Origin: Mesotaenium endlicherianum
Taxonomy: Eukaryota
Assembly (NCBI GenBank): GCA_009602735.1
Contig: WELA01002297.1
Location: forward strand, 124,001-146,900
Direction: 5' to 3'
DNA: 22,900 nt
Shown here: positions 1 to 10,208 of the stretch, one piece after another
Position numbering within the stretch: position 1 is the first letter of the stretch
Layout: each line of letters begins with the position of its first letter
The notes under the pieces: generated by a model
What the model saw: the letters and a program-made list of their open reading frames with translations, nothing else
The model's database searches: none
What the model was told of the DNA's origin: nothing
Program-made: the position numbers and the translations under genes

Positions 1-1010
1 CATCATAAATTACTCTTTTAGAAGAAGCGATTGTATTAGGTTGTATTGCACTTTCCTACGCCTCCTGCCACATTTTATCCATTTGAAATCATGTGTACCA
101 GCCAAAAAAAACATTGAGCAAACTCTCTACATTTTTTGATTGGCTAACTGTCATGTGACTTGTGGTACTCTTTGTTGTACTTTTGTACCTCTCGGACAAG
201 CAAAAACGCGGAGGGCAAATTTACATTAATATATGTTACATTTCTTATGTGCACAAAAGCTATTCTCTAAGCTTTGGAAGAATGCCCCTTTAGTTATTCC
301 TATCATAGCCTCTTGACTTTCCTACCTCAATCACTTTGAGCTGTAAGATTTGAATATGTATTCTTGGACTAGGGACCACTTGACCGATCAGCACACTAAT
401 TTTGGAGCGAACAAATGAGGTAGAACGATATATTGATAGCACTTCAAATTGCATGCCCCAACTTAATAACTACTCAGATTTATTGAATCTTAGAGAGACA
501 TGGAGGTTGTTCACATAAGAGCATGTATCTAATAGGCCTTTTTGGTGTATTATTCTTGAACCAAACGTAAGTCACTGTACGGCTTGAAAGCGAAGCATTC
601 AAGACCGTTACCAGTGGTTTCTACGAGATGGTTTGAATACTGAAATGCTCATCATTTTTGAACGAGATAGGTTCGTGTAATAAAATCCAACTTTTCAATT
701 CACCTCGAGGAGGTGAATTGTAACTTTGGAAACTATTCAACCTCAATCCACGATGGGTTCTTCCATTTCATGTGTCACCCCCAAAATTTGCTGACCATTC
801 GCGCGAGATTTCGAGGAGGGAATTTGACAAACACAGTTTTGGAAAATGTCCTCGAGAAGCACTGTATACCAAACACATTCTTCGATAATACCTTTGTTTG
901 AAAAACGTAATTGGCACTTTCGTTCAATACCACAATCGCCGTTGTTGAATATTGGCGCAGTGTCCACTGTAGAGAGGCCCTAAGAAAAATAATGACGATG
1001 TTTTTTTTCC

Positions 1011-1015
1011 CAATA
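1011..1015. repeat. Target site duplication of outer element (left copy, CAATA)
   Basis: CAATA directly precedes TGAAATGAATCG; same 5-mer at 16360-16364. Confidence 0.93.
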
Positions 1016-1724
1016 TGAAATGAATCGACTTACCAATAGGCGATTAAGAATTAATTAAGATATTTTAATCAGCAAGTAATCTTTATGGTATTTTCTGTTA
1101 ACTCAAATAACGGCAAAAGACATTACAACTAGCAATGAGCGACATTCAAATGCAAGTAACGAGCATCAATCATGGAATCAGTAAACTAATACATAAGCAA
1201 GGTTAGTAAGCAGTTCTTGTAACGGCTTGTTGCCTTGGATTCAGATGTTTCTTTCAGTAAGCTGTACAAAGAGTTGGCCTCGTTTCCGACTGCCGAACTC
1301 GGTAACGTTCCTAGCATATGTACATGGAATAAGTTTACTGTTCAACGGCCAGTGCGATGGCACCACCTACCCGGGAGTTAACCACGTTGGTAGGACCTCG
1401 GGTAACCAAATCCACAGCCATCTCCCATCATCCCGAATCGCCATCCACCTAAGGTGTCATCTGGCCATTCATCTACAACACCACACTTAGATGCATATCT
1501 AGGCAATTCACCGATACCGCTTAAGGCGGTCAGCTGGTTGTCAAAGAATGTGTCAGCAAGCTGACGTAAAAGGACTTCAGCCTGCTGCTATCGGCTAAGT
1601 CGTTATACTGAATATAACTAAAAGTCCAGAGGACTCAATGTTAACTAAAGTTCAACATACTGAACTTCATTTAAGAATTATATTTAAATGACTATTATAT
1701 CTATCAATATACTGATTTATTACA
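1016..1724 (-). repeat. 3' LTR of outer element (709 bp)
   Basis: Aligns end to end with 15653-16359 (about 43 substitutions and 2 small indels by hand, ~94%); TG...CA termini; adjacent to PPT. Confidence 0.97.
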
Positions 1725-1725
1725 A

Positions 1726-1737
1726 TCCCTCCAACTT
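1726..1737 (-). other. Polypurine tract of outer element (AAGTTGGAGGGA)
   Basis: Purine-rich run on the minus strand 1 nt before the TG of the 3' LTR. Confidence 0.8.
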
Positions 1738-1958
1738 AACTTGTTGTCGCCTCGACAACATTAAATTGAGTATATAGAACATAAGAAAATTGACAGTACT
1801 AATCTCCCACCGCCTGCCTCTTGTTTCAACACTGTTGCCTAACTGTAGGAATCATATGTAACAGCAATTGTTACCTCCACCCTCAGCCCACTACCTTTGT
1901 GAAATGCAAACAGAGAGACCCCCAGCAAGGTTGACTGAAGGATGGTTTTGAATTTGTT

Positions 1959-3207
1959 TCAGGGAGATGTTCCTGGGGCTGCAGGATCAGGGGACCTAAA
2001 CCTGGACCTAGAACCAGACAGTGCTCTAGTCCTGTCAGCAGGTACTCTAAAGAGGCCTTCCTGCTGCAAAGTGGGGCCTCGAGGAGATCGGAGAATTGCA
2101 GCCTGCTCCTCCACCACCTGGTGGCTGATCTCCACAATGACAGGCACGCCAGTAGGATGTTGAAATACATTGGCAACAGGTACATGTCCCTGGCTGGAGG
2201 GAGGGGCCAGCATACCTCTGGCTGTACCTCGAGTTCCCCTTCTGGGCCCTCTGTCTTCTGAGGATTTTTGCCTGTCCCTGCTACCAAGTACAGTCAACTC
2301 TGCCTCCTCCTCTGCTTGGGGAGGGAAATGGGGAAGCATGAGAGAGTGGGGCCTAGCACCTGTAGCTTCCACAGTAGGATAAACTGTCCAAGAGGTAGTT
2401 CCCTGTGCCTTTGGGGCCTGTGTTCCTGTAGCCTGCTGCACCTCACCAGTACCAGAAGTAGATGCTTCTCCCTTTCCCTGTTCCTGGTCCTCCTCCTCCT
2501 CATCATCCTCTTCCTCTGAGAGGGCTGGAGTTTGATCTCCAAGCTCATCTTGCTCCCTAGTAGACATGGAGAAGTCTACTGAATTGCCTTTCTTAGGTCG
2601 GGGCGGGGGCTGCTTGGCTTTCAGCTTGCTAAGGTCTATCCTCCCTGCCCTTTTTGCCTATTTGACAAAGGCATGCTTTCCCTTTGAGAAGTAGTCCTGA
2701 CCTCTTCTCCTGTGCTCCTTGGTTTCCGAGTTCATGTTACTCAGGCAGCTGTTCAGCCTGGCATCCCATGGGGCAATGTGAGGTGGTAGGATGAGACAGC
2801 CATCCAGCCCATAATGAAAATCGTCGGGGTGGGCCCGGTCACACTCCCGCTTCCTGTTAGTGACTGTCATCCATCTCCAGTCTGTTGGGTGCTGATATAA
2901 TTGGTGCCCATCCACCGCCTTCCTCAGCTTACAAGGGAACCAGTGGGGAGCGAAAATCTGCTGCCCTGTCTCCTTGGCCAAGTAGTCCCAACTTCTCTTC
3001 TCAACTTCATTATAGGTGCAAAGCAGCGCTTGCCAAAAGTTGACATCCTTGAAGCTGTTCGGTTGCAGGCTCACCATCCGGATGAGTCTTTGATGTCCTA
3101 CTAGGCTTGGTAACGGTATTGGCTGGCCTTCTGAGTCGTCTGCAAAGACCAGAGCCTGGTCCGACTCATACCCGACCATCTTGGCATAATCTTCGTAGAG
3201 GACAACG
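1959..3207 (-). pseudogene. Extra ORF (ORF3) of outer element, 3' part; protein of unknown function
   Basis: ORFs 2658-3179 and 1959-2567 are in one frame, separated only by TAG at 2660-2658 and 30 open codons (AKRAGRIDLSKLKAKQPPPRPKKGNSVDFS); frame continues across the nested insertion site. Confidence 0.8.
3203..3207. repeat. Target site duplication of nested element (left copy, CAACG)
   Basis: CAACG precedes TGTAAC; same 5-mer at 9579-9583. Confidence 0.95.
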
Positions 3208-3634
3208 TGTAACGATTTGAGCTTTTTAGGCGTATTTGGGACGTTTTCTCAATTACCTAAAATACATTATACTATTCATCATAAGTTATTTGATAAATGA
3301 TTGCATCACATTGAATTATTTGCCACACACGTGTGCCGATTGATTCCCGGTTGATTGGCGAAACGATCGAGATACTATTGCAAAACGCGTCGTAACGTAA
3401 TACGACTACTTCGCAAAAGTACGACATAATTATTCATAAAGCTACTGTGAATAATTATGAGATGATAATTTAATTATTCATTGTTTGATTAAATTATTTT
3501 GATTGTCATTATTACGAATGATGGACAATCACAGATTTCGGATTACGACTAGTCGTAATACGAAGAAACTGTCGTATCATTAATACGAACAAACAGTCGT
3601 AAAGTCAAACGAAACGAAATATGCGAAGTCGCTT

Positions 3635-3705
3635 TGCATCCGAGCGGATTCGAACCCGCGACTTTCGTTTGAAACGTTCACACCTATTCGATTGGCCAAA
3701 GTAAC
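3635..3705 (-). promoter_or_regulatory. tRNA-like Pol III type-2 promoter module (A box + B box) in 5' LTR
   Basis: Minus strand TGGCCAATCGAATAGG...GTCGCGGGTTCGAATCCGCTCGGATGCA; perfect B box GGTTCGAATCC at 3656-3646; cloverleaf not intact. Confidence 0.5.
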
Positions 3706-3954
3706 TTTTTTAACTACCGGTTGATGACGAAAGCATCTGTATGCGACTCCGCGATCAATTGCGACTTTTTCGGAAAGTCGCGAGAACGCGAAAACGCCCG
3801 TTTGGCGCAAAACGGTTTTTCGGAAACCGTCGAAAAGTCTCCAAACGACCAACTGCGCGTTTCGAGCATTCGGCCGAATGGGACACGTCCCTTCGACCGT
3901 TTTTGTTGCCCTAGGTGAAGACTCGAAGCACTCCAGTGCCTCATGTTGTGCAGG

Positions 3955-3962
3955 TATAAATA
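3955..3962 (+). promoter_or_regulatory. TATA box of nested element LTR (TATAAATA)
   Basis: Canonical TATAAATA followed ~30 nt later by a pyrimidine/CA-rich tract; same site at 9397-9404. Confidence 0.7.
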
Positions 3963-4136
3963 CCTGTAGAGTCATTGTGAGTGCAACTCTCACAAGCACA
4001 CATTCTACGTTAGTTTTCACTTTCGCTCTTTCGAGTATTCGTCAATTTCCACAAGTATACAGATTTTCCTCCCACTTGAATTAAATATTCCTTGAATACT
4101 AAGGAAAGATCCTCTCGATAAGCAGAAACGTCACAT

Positions 4137-4149
4137 TGGTATCGGAGCC
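4137..4149 (+). other. Primer binding site, tRNA-iMet type (TGGTATCGGAGCC)
   Basis: 1 nt after the LTR CA; one mismatch to the plant iMet PBS TGGTATCAGAGCC. Confidence 0.9.
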
Positions 4150-4287
4150 GATCTCGGTTTCTTCAAGGAATTATTTTATTTTTTTTTGGTCAGAAAGTCT
4201 GTCGCATTTTCTGCCGGATTCTGTCGTCGAATCTAACCGATTTCTTGATTCTGTATAGATTCGCCCCCGATTCGTTTCCAGTTCGCC

Positions 4288-4449
4288 ATGGCTCGCGGTC
4301 GCCGGATCAAAATCATCTACATCGACGACGACTCACCCCGCCGGCCTCGGGTCTCGCCACGTGTTGCCTCGGAGCCAACTCGGCCGTCGCCTACTTATTC
4401 GCCTATGGCTCCGCCCGGCTCGCAGCGCTCGTCACCCGTCGATCTTTGA
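4288..4449 (+). pseudogene. Short 53-aa ORF, possible truncated gag N-terminus ([20 protein letters not shown]...)
   Basis: First ATG after the PBS, in GCCATGG context; Pro/Ser/Arg-rich; no capsid or zinc knuckle follows. Confidence 0.4.
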
Positions 4450-7400
4450 TCGAAATTCTAGGAGTTTGCGCGCTAGCCCCAAGAATCCTTGTTCACTCAG
4501 GCATACCCGATATAAATATACTTCGAAACGAATATATTTGTATGCCAGTGTTGAGCTTTGCTGAGTTCTTGGAACTCGAGTGCATCCATGATACCATGTT
4601 CTTGCACTTTCAGCCGCATGATCCTAACCTTGCCAAGTGTTACGAACACTTATCTCGCTTACAAAAAATGCACAAGTGTCTTGCACCAATATATATTGCT
4701 GCATTCACATATATTCGCGCGTACTTTGACCCGATTACTCGATTTCGCGCAAGGACAGCAATGCAAAATGAGATTTTGGTAAAGGACCTCCATATTTCCC
4801 ACATTCCTCTCAAGGCGAGGACGTTGCTGCTGATGCATAATGCTTCTTTGGGATTAAGTATGACATTTGAAACGAAAGTTTCAGGAAAATCATGCTTTAC
4901 AGTCATTGATTCAGGCGCGTCAGTAAGCTTCATTAGTGCACGTTTTGCACCAGGGATGAAGTTGTTTCCAATACTCAAGGACGAGACTCTTCACCTTGGC
5001 GATGGCTCGTTAGCTTGCATTACTGGAATGCTTAAATTACCGCTCAGCGTGCAGTCCTTCCATGGGCATGTACAATTCTACGTAACTGAATTGCCGCATG
5101 GAATCGACGCAGTTTTGGGTAATGATTGGCTTACGCAAACAAGTGCATTGCTTGACTTCAGTCAAAAGACATGCATTGTACGCAAGGGGACTAGGAAGAT
5201 TTCTCTTCAGTCCCTTAAGCCCGATATGGCCTTGGAAAGTCCTTCGAAGACTCTACTATTGTCCATAAAGCAAGCGCGACGTTTGGCAAAGCACGGTCAA
5301 AATGTTCTCTTTGGATTACTGAGACCCGATTCCCCAGCAACTTCAACTACGCTCTTTACGCAAGAACCGATGTTGGACATTACTGGTCATGAAGAAACAC
5401 TCACAGCCGACCTTTTTGCTCTTTTGCAAAAGTATAAGTCAGTGTTTCCAACTGAAATACCAGCCGGGCTTCCGCCTGATAGGGGTATTGGACATACCAA
5501 CCCTCTTGTTCCGGATTCTCAACCGACTTGGCGACCGATTTATCGCCTAAGCCCGTTGGAAATGACCGAGATGAGAGATCAAATTAGCGACTTGCTGGAG
5601 AAAGGCTGGATTGAGCCGAGCTCTTCTCCATTCGGGGCCCCCATCCTCTTTGTCCAGAAGAAAGATGGGACGCTTAGAATGTGCATTGATTATCGTGCGC
5701 TGAACAACATAACGGTCAAGAACCGCTATTCGTTGCCTCGCATTGATGATTTGTTTGATTCGCTGCAGGGGGCATGCGTGTTCTCCTTGCTTGATTTAGC
5801 CCAAGGCTATCATCAGATTCGAATCACACCAGAGGATGTCCCCAAAACAGCGTTTCGAACGCCTATTGGGCATTTTCAATACAAAGTCCTAAATTTTGGA
5901 CTTACCAATGCACCAGCGACATTCCAAAGTACCATGAACGATTTGTTTAGACCTTACTTGGGGAAATTTGTCCAGGTTTACCTCGACGATATTCTTGTCT
6001 ACTCAAAGAACAGGGACGAGCATTACAAGCACCTCGAGTTGGTGTTGCAAATCCTTCGTGAGCAGCAGCTGTACGCTAAGCTCAAGAAATGTTCCTTTCT
6101 AAAGGATGAACTGTTGTACCTGAGACATATAGTGGGTTTGAAAGGGGTGCGCCCTGACCCAGCCAAGATAGCGTGTGTCGCTGACTGGCCTGTCCCAACC
6201 GATATACATACTGTACGTTCATTCCTCGGATTTGCTAACTACTTTCGTAAGTTTATGCAAGGTTATTCAGTGATGGCCGCGCCACTCACTGCTCTGACAA
6301 GGAAAGATAAGACGTTCATTTGGGATGAGAATACGCAACATGCGTTTGAGCGCATTAAGTATGCACTCACGAATGCGCCACTTCTTTCATTAGCCGATCC
6401 CGACTTGCCTTACGAGGTCGTCGCCGATGCGTCTGGTGTTGGAATAGGGGCTGTACTGCTGCAGGCAGGCCAGCCTATTGAGTCGAAAGCTGACACCTGC
6501 CGAATAAAATTACTCAACGACAGAGCAGGAGCTTTGGGCAGTCATATACGCTTTGAAAACTTGGCGATGTTATTTGGAAGGCTGCAAAGGTTTGACAGTG
6601 GTTACGGACCACTGCCCAAATACTTTCTTTCAAATTCAGCCAACGCTATCGAGGAGACAGACGAGATGGTCCGAGTTCTTGCAACGATTCCACTTTGAGT
6701 GGGCGTATTGCCCAGGCCGCAACAATGTTGCTGATCCTCTAAGTCAAATTCCTCACCACCACTTTATGTTGGGGACTGTTGCGAGCTTGCGAGAACGAAA
6801 TGGTCAGGTTTCGAGGGCGGCCACCCTTGATTCTGCTGTACTCCCCCAGACGTCTGACCGCAACCAACCTGGTGACGCGGGCACACCCGATTTGGATAGC
6901 ATGCATAACTCGGAAATACTTGACCTGCATCAATTATTTCACGAGGGCCATCTCAAAGATCCGATTTTCCTAGATCCAGGGTACTGGCTTGAACGGTGTA
7001 GCCGTAACGATGGACAGTATGGATAAAAGGAAAGAACACTCAAACTATTCGTTTGAGGACGGTTTTTGGTGGCACAATGGGCGCATTGTTGTCCCAGAAG
7101 GCCGAGTAAGACATGTGCTACTACAAGAAGCGCATGACTCTCCTTACTCAGGTCATGATGGAATTACCAAAACCACACACTCTTTGCGCCGAGGGTACAT
7201 TTGGCCGTCCCTTAAGGTTGATGTTGCCGAGTACATCATCCACTGCGCAACATGTCAGAGGCATAAGCCGAGCAATACGTTGCCCGCTGGGAAGTTGCAA
7301 CCATTGGAACTTGCATGTGCTCCTTGGGAAAGCATAAGCCTCGACTTTGTCGTTGAATTGCCTACCACCGATCGAGGACACAATGGGGTGCTAACGATCG

Positions 7401-8233
7401 TGGATCGTTTCACTAAGATGGTACACTTTGTGGCCACTACCCCAGCACTTGATGCCGTCGAGACCGCACGTCTCTTCGTAGATCACGTGTTCAAGTTGCA
7501 TGGCATGCCAAAGGAAATCATAAGTGATCGTGACAGTAGATTTACGAGCCACTTCTGGCAAGAAGTTTGTTCGCATTTCGGCACGAAACTTAAGATGTCA
7601 ACTAGCTTCCATCCTCAGATCGATGGTCAGACAGAACGAATGAACCGCGTTCTGCAACAGTTCCTTACGCATTATGTGAATCCTTGCCAAGACGACTGGG
7701 ATACCCTCCTTTCAGTCGCAGAGTTCGCAGTTAATAATGCTTATTAGAAAAGTGTTAAGAAAACTCCATTTTTCCTTAACTATGGGCGACATCCGCACAC
7801 TCCTCTCACGCGGGTCGTTTACGTTGAGGCGGGGCTGTCAACTATGAGAGTACCAAGTGCACGCCTATTTGTCCATTCTCTTCAAGAGGTGCACAAAAAC
7901 GCGAAGCTAGCTTTAGCCGATGCTCGAGATCGGCAGAAAAAGTTTGCTGACACGCACAAGACTGAGTTAAGTTTTCAAGTTGGCAATAAAGTATTTTTGC
8001 AAACTAAAAACCTCCAACTCAAGCATCCAGGAAAGCGCTAGCTTCTGCCTCGCTGGGTAGGCCCTTTTATCGTTATCGCAAAGGTTGGACCTGTTGCATA
8101 CCGACTGGATTTGCCTACATCCATGGGGCGAACGCATCTTGTGTTCCATGTCAGTTTACTGAAGTTGTTTAGGTCCGATGGCCGCTATCAGCCACAAGCA
8201 CCGAAATTGGAACTCGCCGATGATGATAAGGCC

Positions 8234-8392
8234 TGGGATGTAGAGGAGGTCTTAGGACACCGCTACACTCGTCATAAACCTCCACGCGTGGAGCTTTTGA
8301 TAAAGTGGCTAGATTACGATTCCAGTTGGAACTCGTACGAACCTCATGACGAAATCCTACTTGATTGTAAGGACCTGGTCCAACAATATTGG
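8234..8392 (+). other. Chromodomain at integrase C-terminus (nested element)
   Basis: WDVEEVLGHR...LLIKWLDYDSSWNSYEP matches the chromodomain pattern; followed by basic tail RKPWNKRKR. Confidence 0.88.
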
Positions 8393-8622
8393 TTACGATG
8401 GGCTGATGCTCAAAAGCTCTGCACCGAGGCAAGTGTGCTACCAAGCGCTCTTCGTAAGCCATGGAACAAACGCAAAAGAGACGCAGCCAAGTAATCGCTC
8501 TTCTCCGTCACTATGATGATGCATAGTCCAATCGCTCACCAGTGTTTTCCGCTAGCCAAGGCTTGTATCGACACATCTACGACTTAAAAGACGTACGCTT
8601 AACGAGGACGTTAAGTTCTTGT

Positions 8623-8635
8623 AAGGGGGGAGGAG
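8623..8635 (+). other. Polypurine tract of nested element (AAGGGGGGAGGAG)
   Basis: 13 purines directly before TGTAAC of the 3' LTR. Confidence 0.95.
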
Positions 8636-9578
8636 TGTAACAATTTGAGCTTTTTAGGCGTATTTGGGACGTTTTCCCAATTACCTAAAATACGTTATAC
8701 TATTTATCATAAGTTATTTGATAAATGATTGCATCACATTGAATTATTTGCCACACACGTGTGCCGATTGATTCCCGGTCGATTGGCGAAACGACCGAGA
8801 TACTATTGCAAAAAGCGTCGTAACGTAATTCGACTACTTCGCAAAAGTACGACATAATTATTTATAAAGCTACTGTGAATAATTATGAGATGATAATTTA
8901 ATTATTCATTGTTTGATTAAATTATTTTGATTGTCATTATTACGAATGATGGACAATCACAGATTTCGGATTACGACTAGTTGTAATACGAAGAAACTGT
9001 CGTATCATTAATACGAACAAACAGTCGTAAAGTTAAACGATACGAAATATGCGAAGTCGCTTTGCATCCGAGCGGATTCGAACCCGCGACTTTTGTTTGA
9101 AACGTTCACACTTAACCGATTGGCCAAAGTAACTTTTTAAAGTATCGGTTGATGACGAAAGCATGTGTACGCGACTCCGCGATCAATCGCGACTTTTTCG
9201 GAAAGTCGCGAGAACGCGAAAACGCCCGTTTGGCGCAAAACGGTTTTTCGGAAACCGTCGAAAAGTCTCCAAACGCCCAACTGCGCGTTTCGAGCATTCG
9301 GCCGAATGGGACACGTCCCTTCGACCGTTTTTGTTGAACATGAACCAGTGCCCTAGGTGGTGACTCGAAGCACTCCAGTGCCTCATGTTGTGCAGGTATA
9401 AATACCTGTAGAGTCATTGTGAGTGCAACTCTCACAAGCACACATTCTACGTTAGTTTTCACTTTTGCTCTTTCGAGTATTCGTCAATTTCCACAAGTAT
9501 ACAGATTTTCCTCCCACTTGAATTAAAATATTCCTTGAATACCGAGGAAAGATCCTCTCGAAAAGCAGAAACGTCACA
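8636..9578 (+). repeat. 3' LTR of nested element (943 bp)
   Basis: Direct repeat of 3208-4135. Confidence 0.97.
9063..9133 (-). promoter_or_regulatory. tRNA-like Pol III type-2 promoter module (A box + B box) in 3' LTR
   Basis: Minus strand TGGCCAATCGGTTAAG (A box/D-loop-like, starting 9126) and GGTTCGAATCC (9084-9074) at tRNA-like spacing, ending CGGATGCA. Confidence 0.55.
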
Positions 9579-9583
9579 CAACG
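9579..9583. repeat. Target site duplication of nested element (right copy, CAACG)
   Basis: Follows ...CGTCACA; matches 3203-3207. Confidence 0.95.
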
Positions 9584-10018
9584 CCTGTGCTAGTCTCAAT
9601 ATATTTGTCAACGTCCCCATCTCTCTGCAGCACTGCCTGCTGAGCTTTCATATTAATGTCCTCGGCCACCAGCAGCGCTTCCTTCAGGTTGTCAAAGGTT
9701 GACCGCCCACTACCGTATACCTGTAAGTGGCTGTGTGGACCTGCCTGTCCTCCTCCTCCTTCTTCCGCCTGGCTTGCTCAGCAACAGCAGCCTGTTCTTG
9801 TTGTATTCTTTGTTTCTCCCACTCAGCTTTTCTGAGGTTTTCAGCATCCTGCTCTTTCTTCCTCTGTGCCTCCTCCGCTTGCTCCTGCTGCTTGGCTACC
9901 TGTCCCGTTGTCTCTTAGTGAGGGACGTTGACGCCAGTTCCTGCTGGTAGCGCTCCACGGTCTTTCTGGCTTCCTCAGCCTTGCGTATCCTGTCTCCATT
10001 TTGCGTGGTGGGAGCCAT
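9579..10018 (-). pseudogene. Extra ORF (ORF3) of outer element, 5' part; charged coiled-coil-like N-terminus
   Basis: ATG 10018: MAPTTQNGDRIRKAEEARKTVERYQQEL..., frameshift ~9900, VAKQQEQAEEAQRKKEQDAENLRKAEWEKQRIQQEQ..., frameshift ~9700-9775, TFDNLKEALLVAEDINMKAQQAVLQRDGDVDKYIETSTGV joining VLYEDYAKMVGYESD once the nested element is removed. Confidence 0.72.
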
Positions 10019-10019
10019 C

Positions 10020-10123
10020 CTGCACAGACAATCACCACGGTAGTTAGTAGAGCACAATAGGTTGTTACTGTGATCCTTGAGCGAGACAGAGGTTTATTAA
10101 TGCAGCGATTTTCCACCCCTTAC
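10020..10123 (-). other. Candidate 104-nt spliceosomal intron in 5' UTR of ORF3
   Basis: AAG/GTAAGG donor, TACTAAC branch point at 10049-10043, TTGTCTGTGCAG/G acceptor 1 nt before the ATG. Confidence 0.65.
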
Positions 10124-10208
10124 CTTAACAAGGTTTGTGTTAGGAGTCAATAATCCATAATGCTGAAAGTGAATGTGAGTGTGATTGTGTACTGTGAAGA
10201 GGTAAGTG

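Larger units (their letters stand above)
3208..4135 (+). repeat. 5' LTR of nested element (928 bp)
   Basis: Aligns with 8636-9578 (about 29 substitutions, one 14-bp and one 1-bp indel by hand, ~97%). Confidence 0.97.
4245..8494 (+). pseudogene. pol: pol of nested element (protease, RT, RNase H, integrase, chromodomain), disrupted
   Basis: DSGA at 4908; [14 protein letters not shown] at 5979-5990; [15 protein letters not shown] zinc finger, SLDF/SDRD/DGQTER; WVGPF. Frameshifts near 6480 and 6990, stops at 6505, 7745, 8039. True start uncertain. Confidence 0.95.
3208..9578 (+). mobile_element. Nested Ty3/Gypsy chromovirus LTR retrotransposon, gag-deficient
   Basis: LTRs 3208-4135 and 8636-9578 (TGT...ACA), TSD CAACG, PBS 4137, PPT 8623-8635, pol PR-RT-RH-INT-chromodomain. 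Confidence 0.97.

Noticed and set aside
1..1010. AT-rich left flank as DNA transposon end or gene
   Set aside because: No terminal repeat partner, TSD or recognisable protein motif.
1227..1490. ORFs within the outer LTRs (also 15881-16126)
   Set aside because: LTR sequence, antisense to the element, no motif.
1840..1958. Read-through of ORF3 into a transmembrane tail (env-like)
   Set aside because: ILQSTLLGVSLFAF is short, weakly hydrophobic and lies beyond a stop.
3203..3207. Shared CAA start of both TSDs as a target preference
   Set aside because: Two sites are too few, and the elements are in opposite orientation.
3635..3705. Functional tRNA gene
   Set aside because: Acceptor and anticodon stems do not pair; kept only as a tRNA-like promoter module.
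3580..4084. ORFs within the nested LTRs (also 9112-9462)
   Set aside because: Duplicated only because they lie in LTRs; a 14-bp indel changes the frame between copies; no protein motif.
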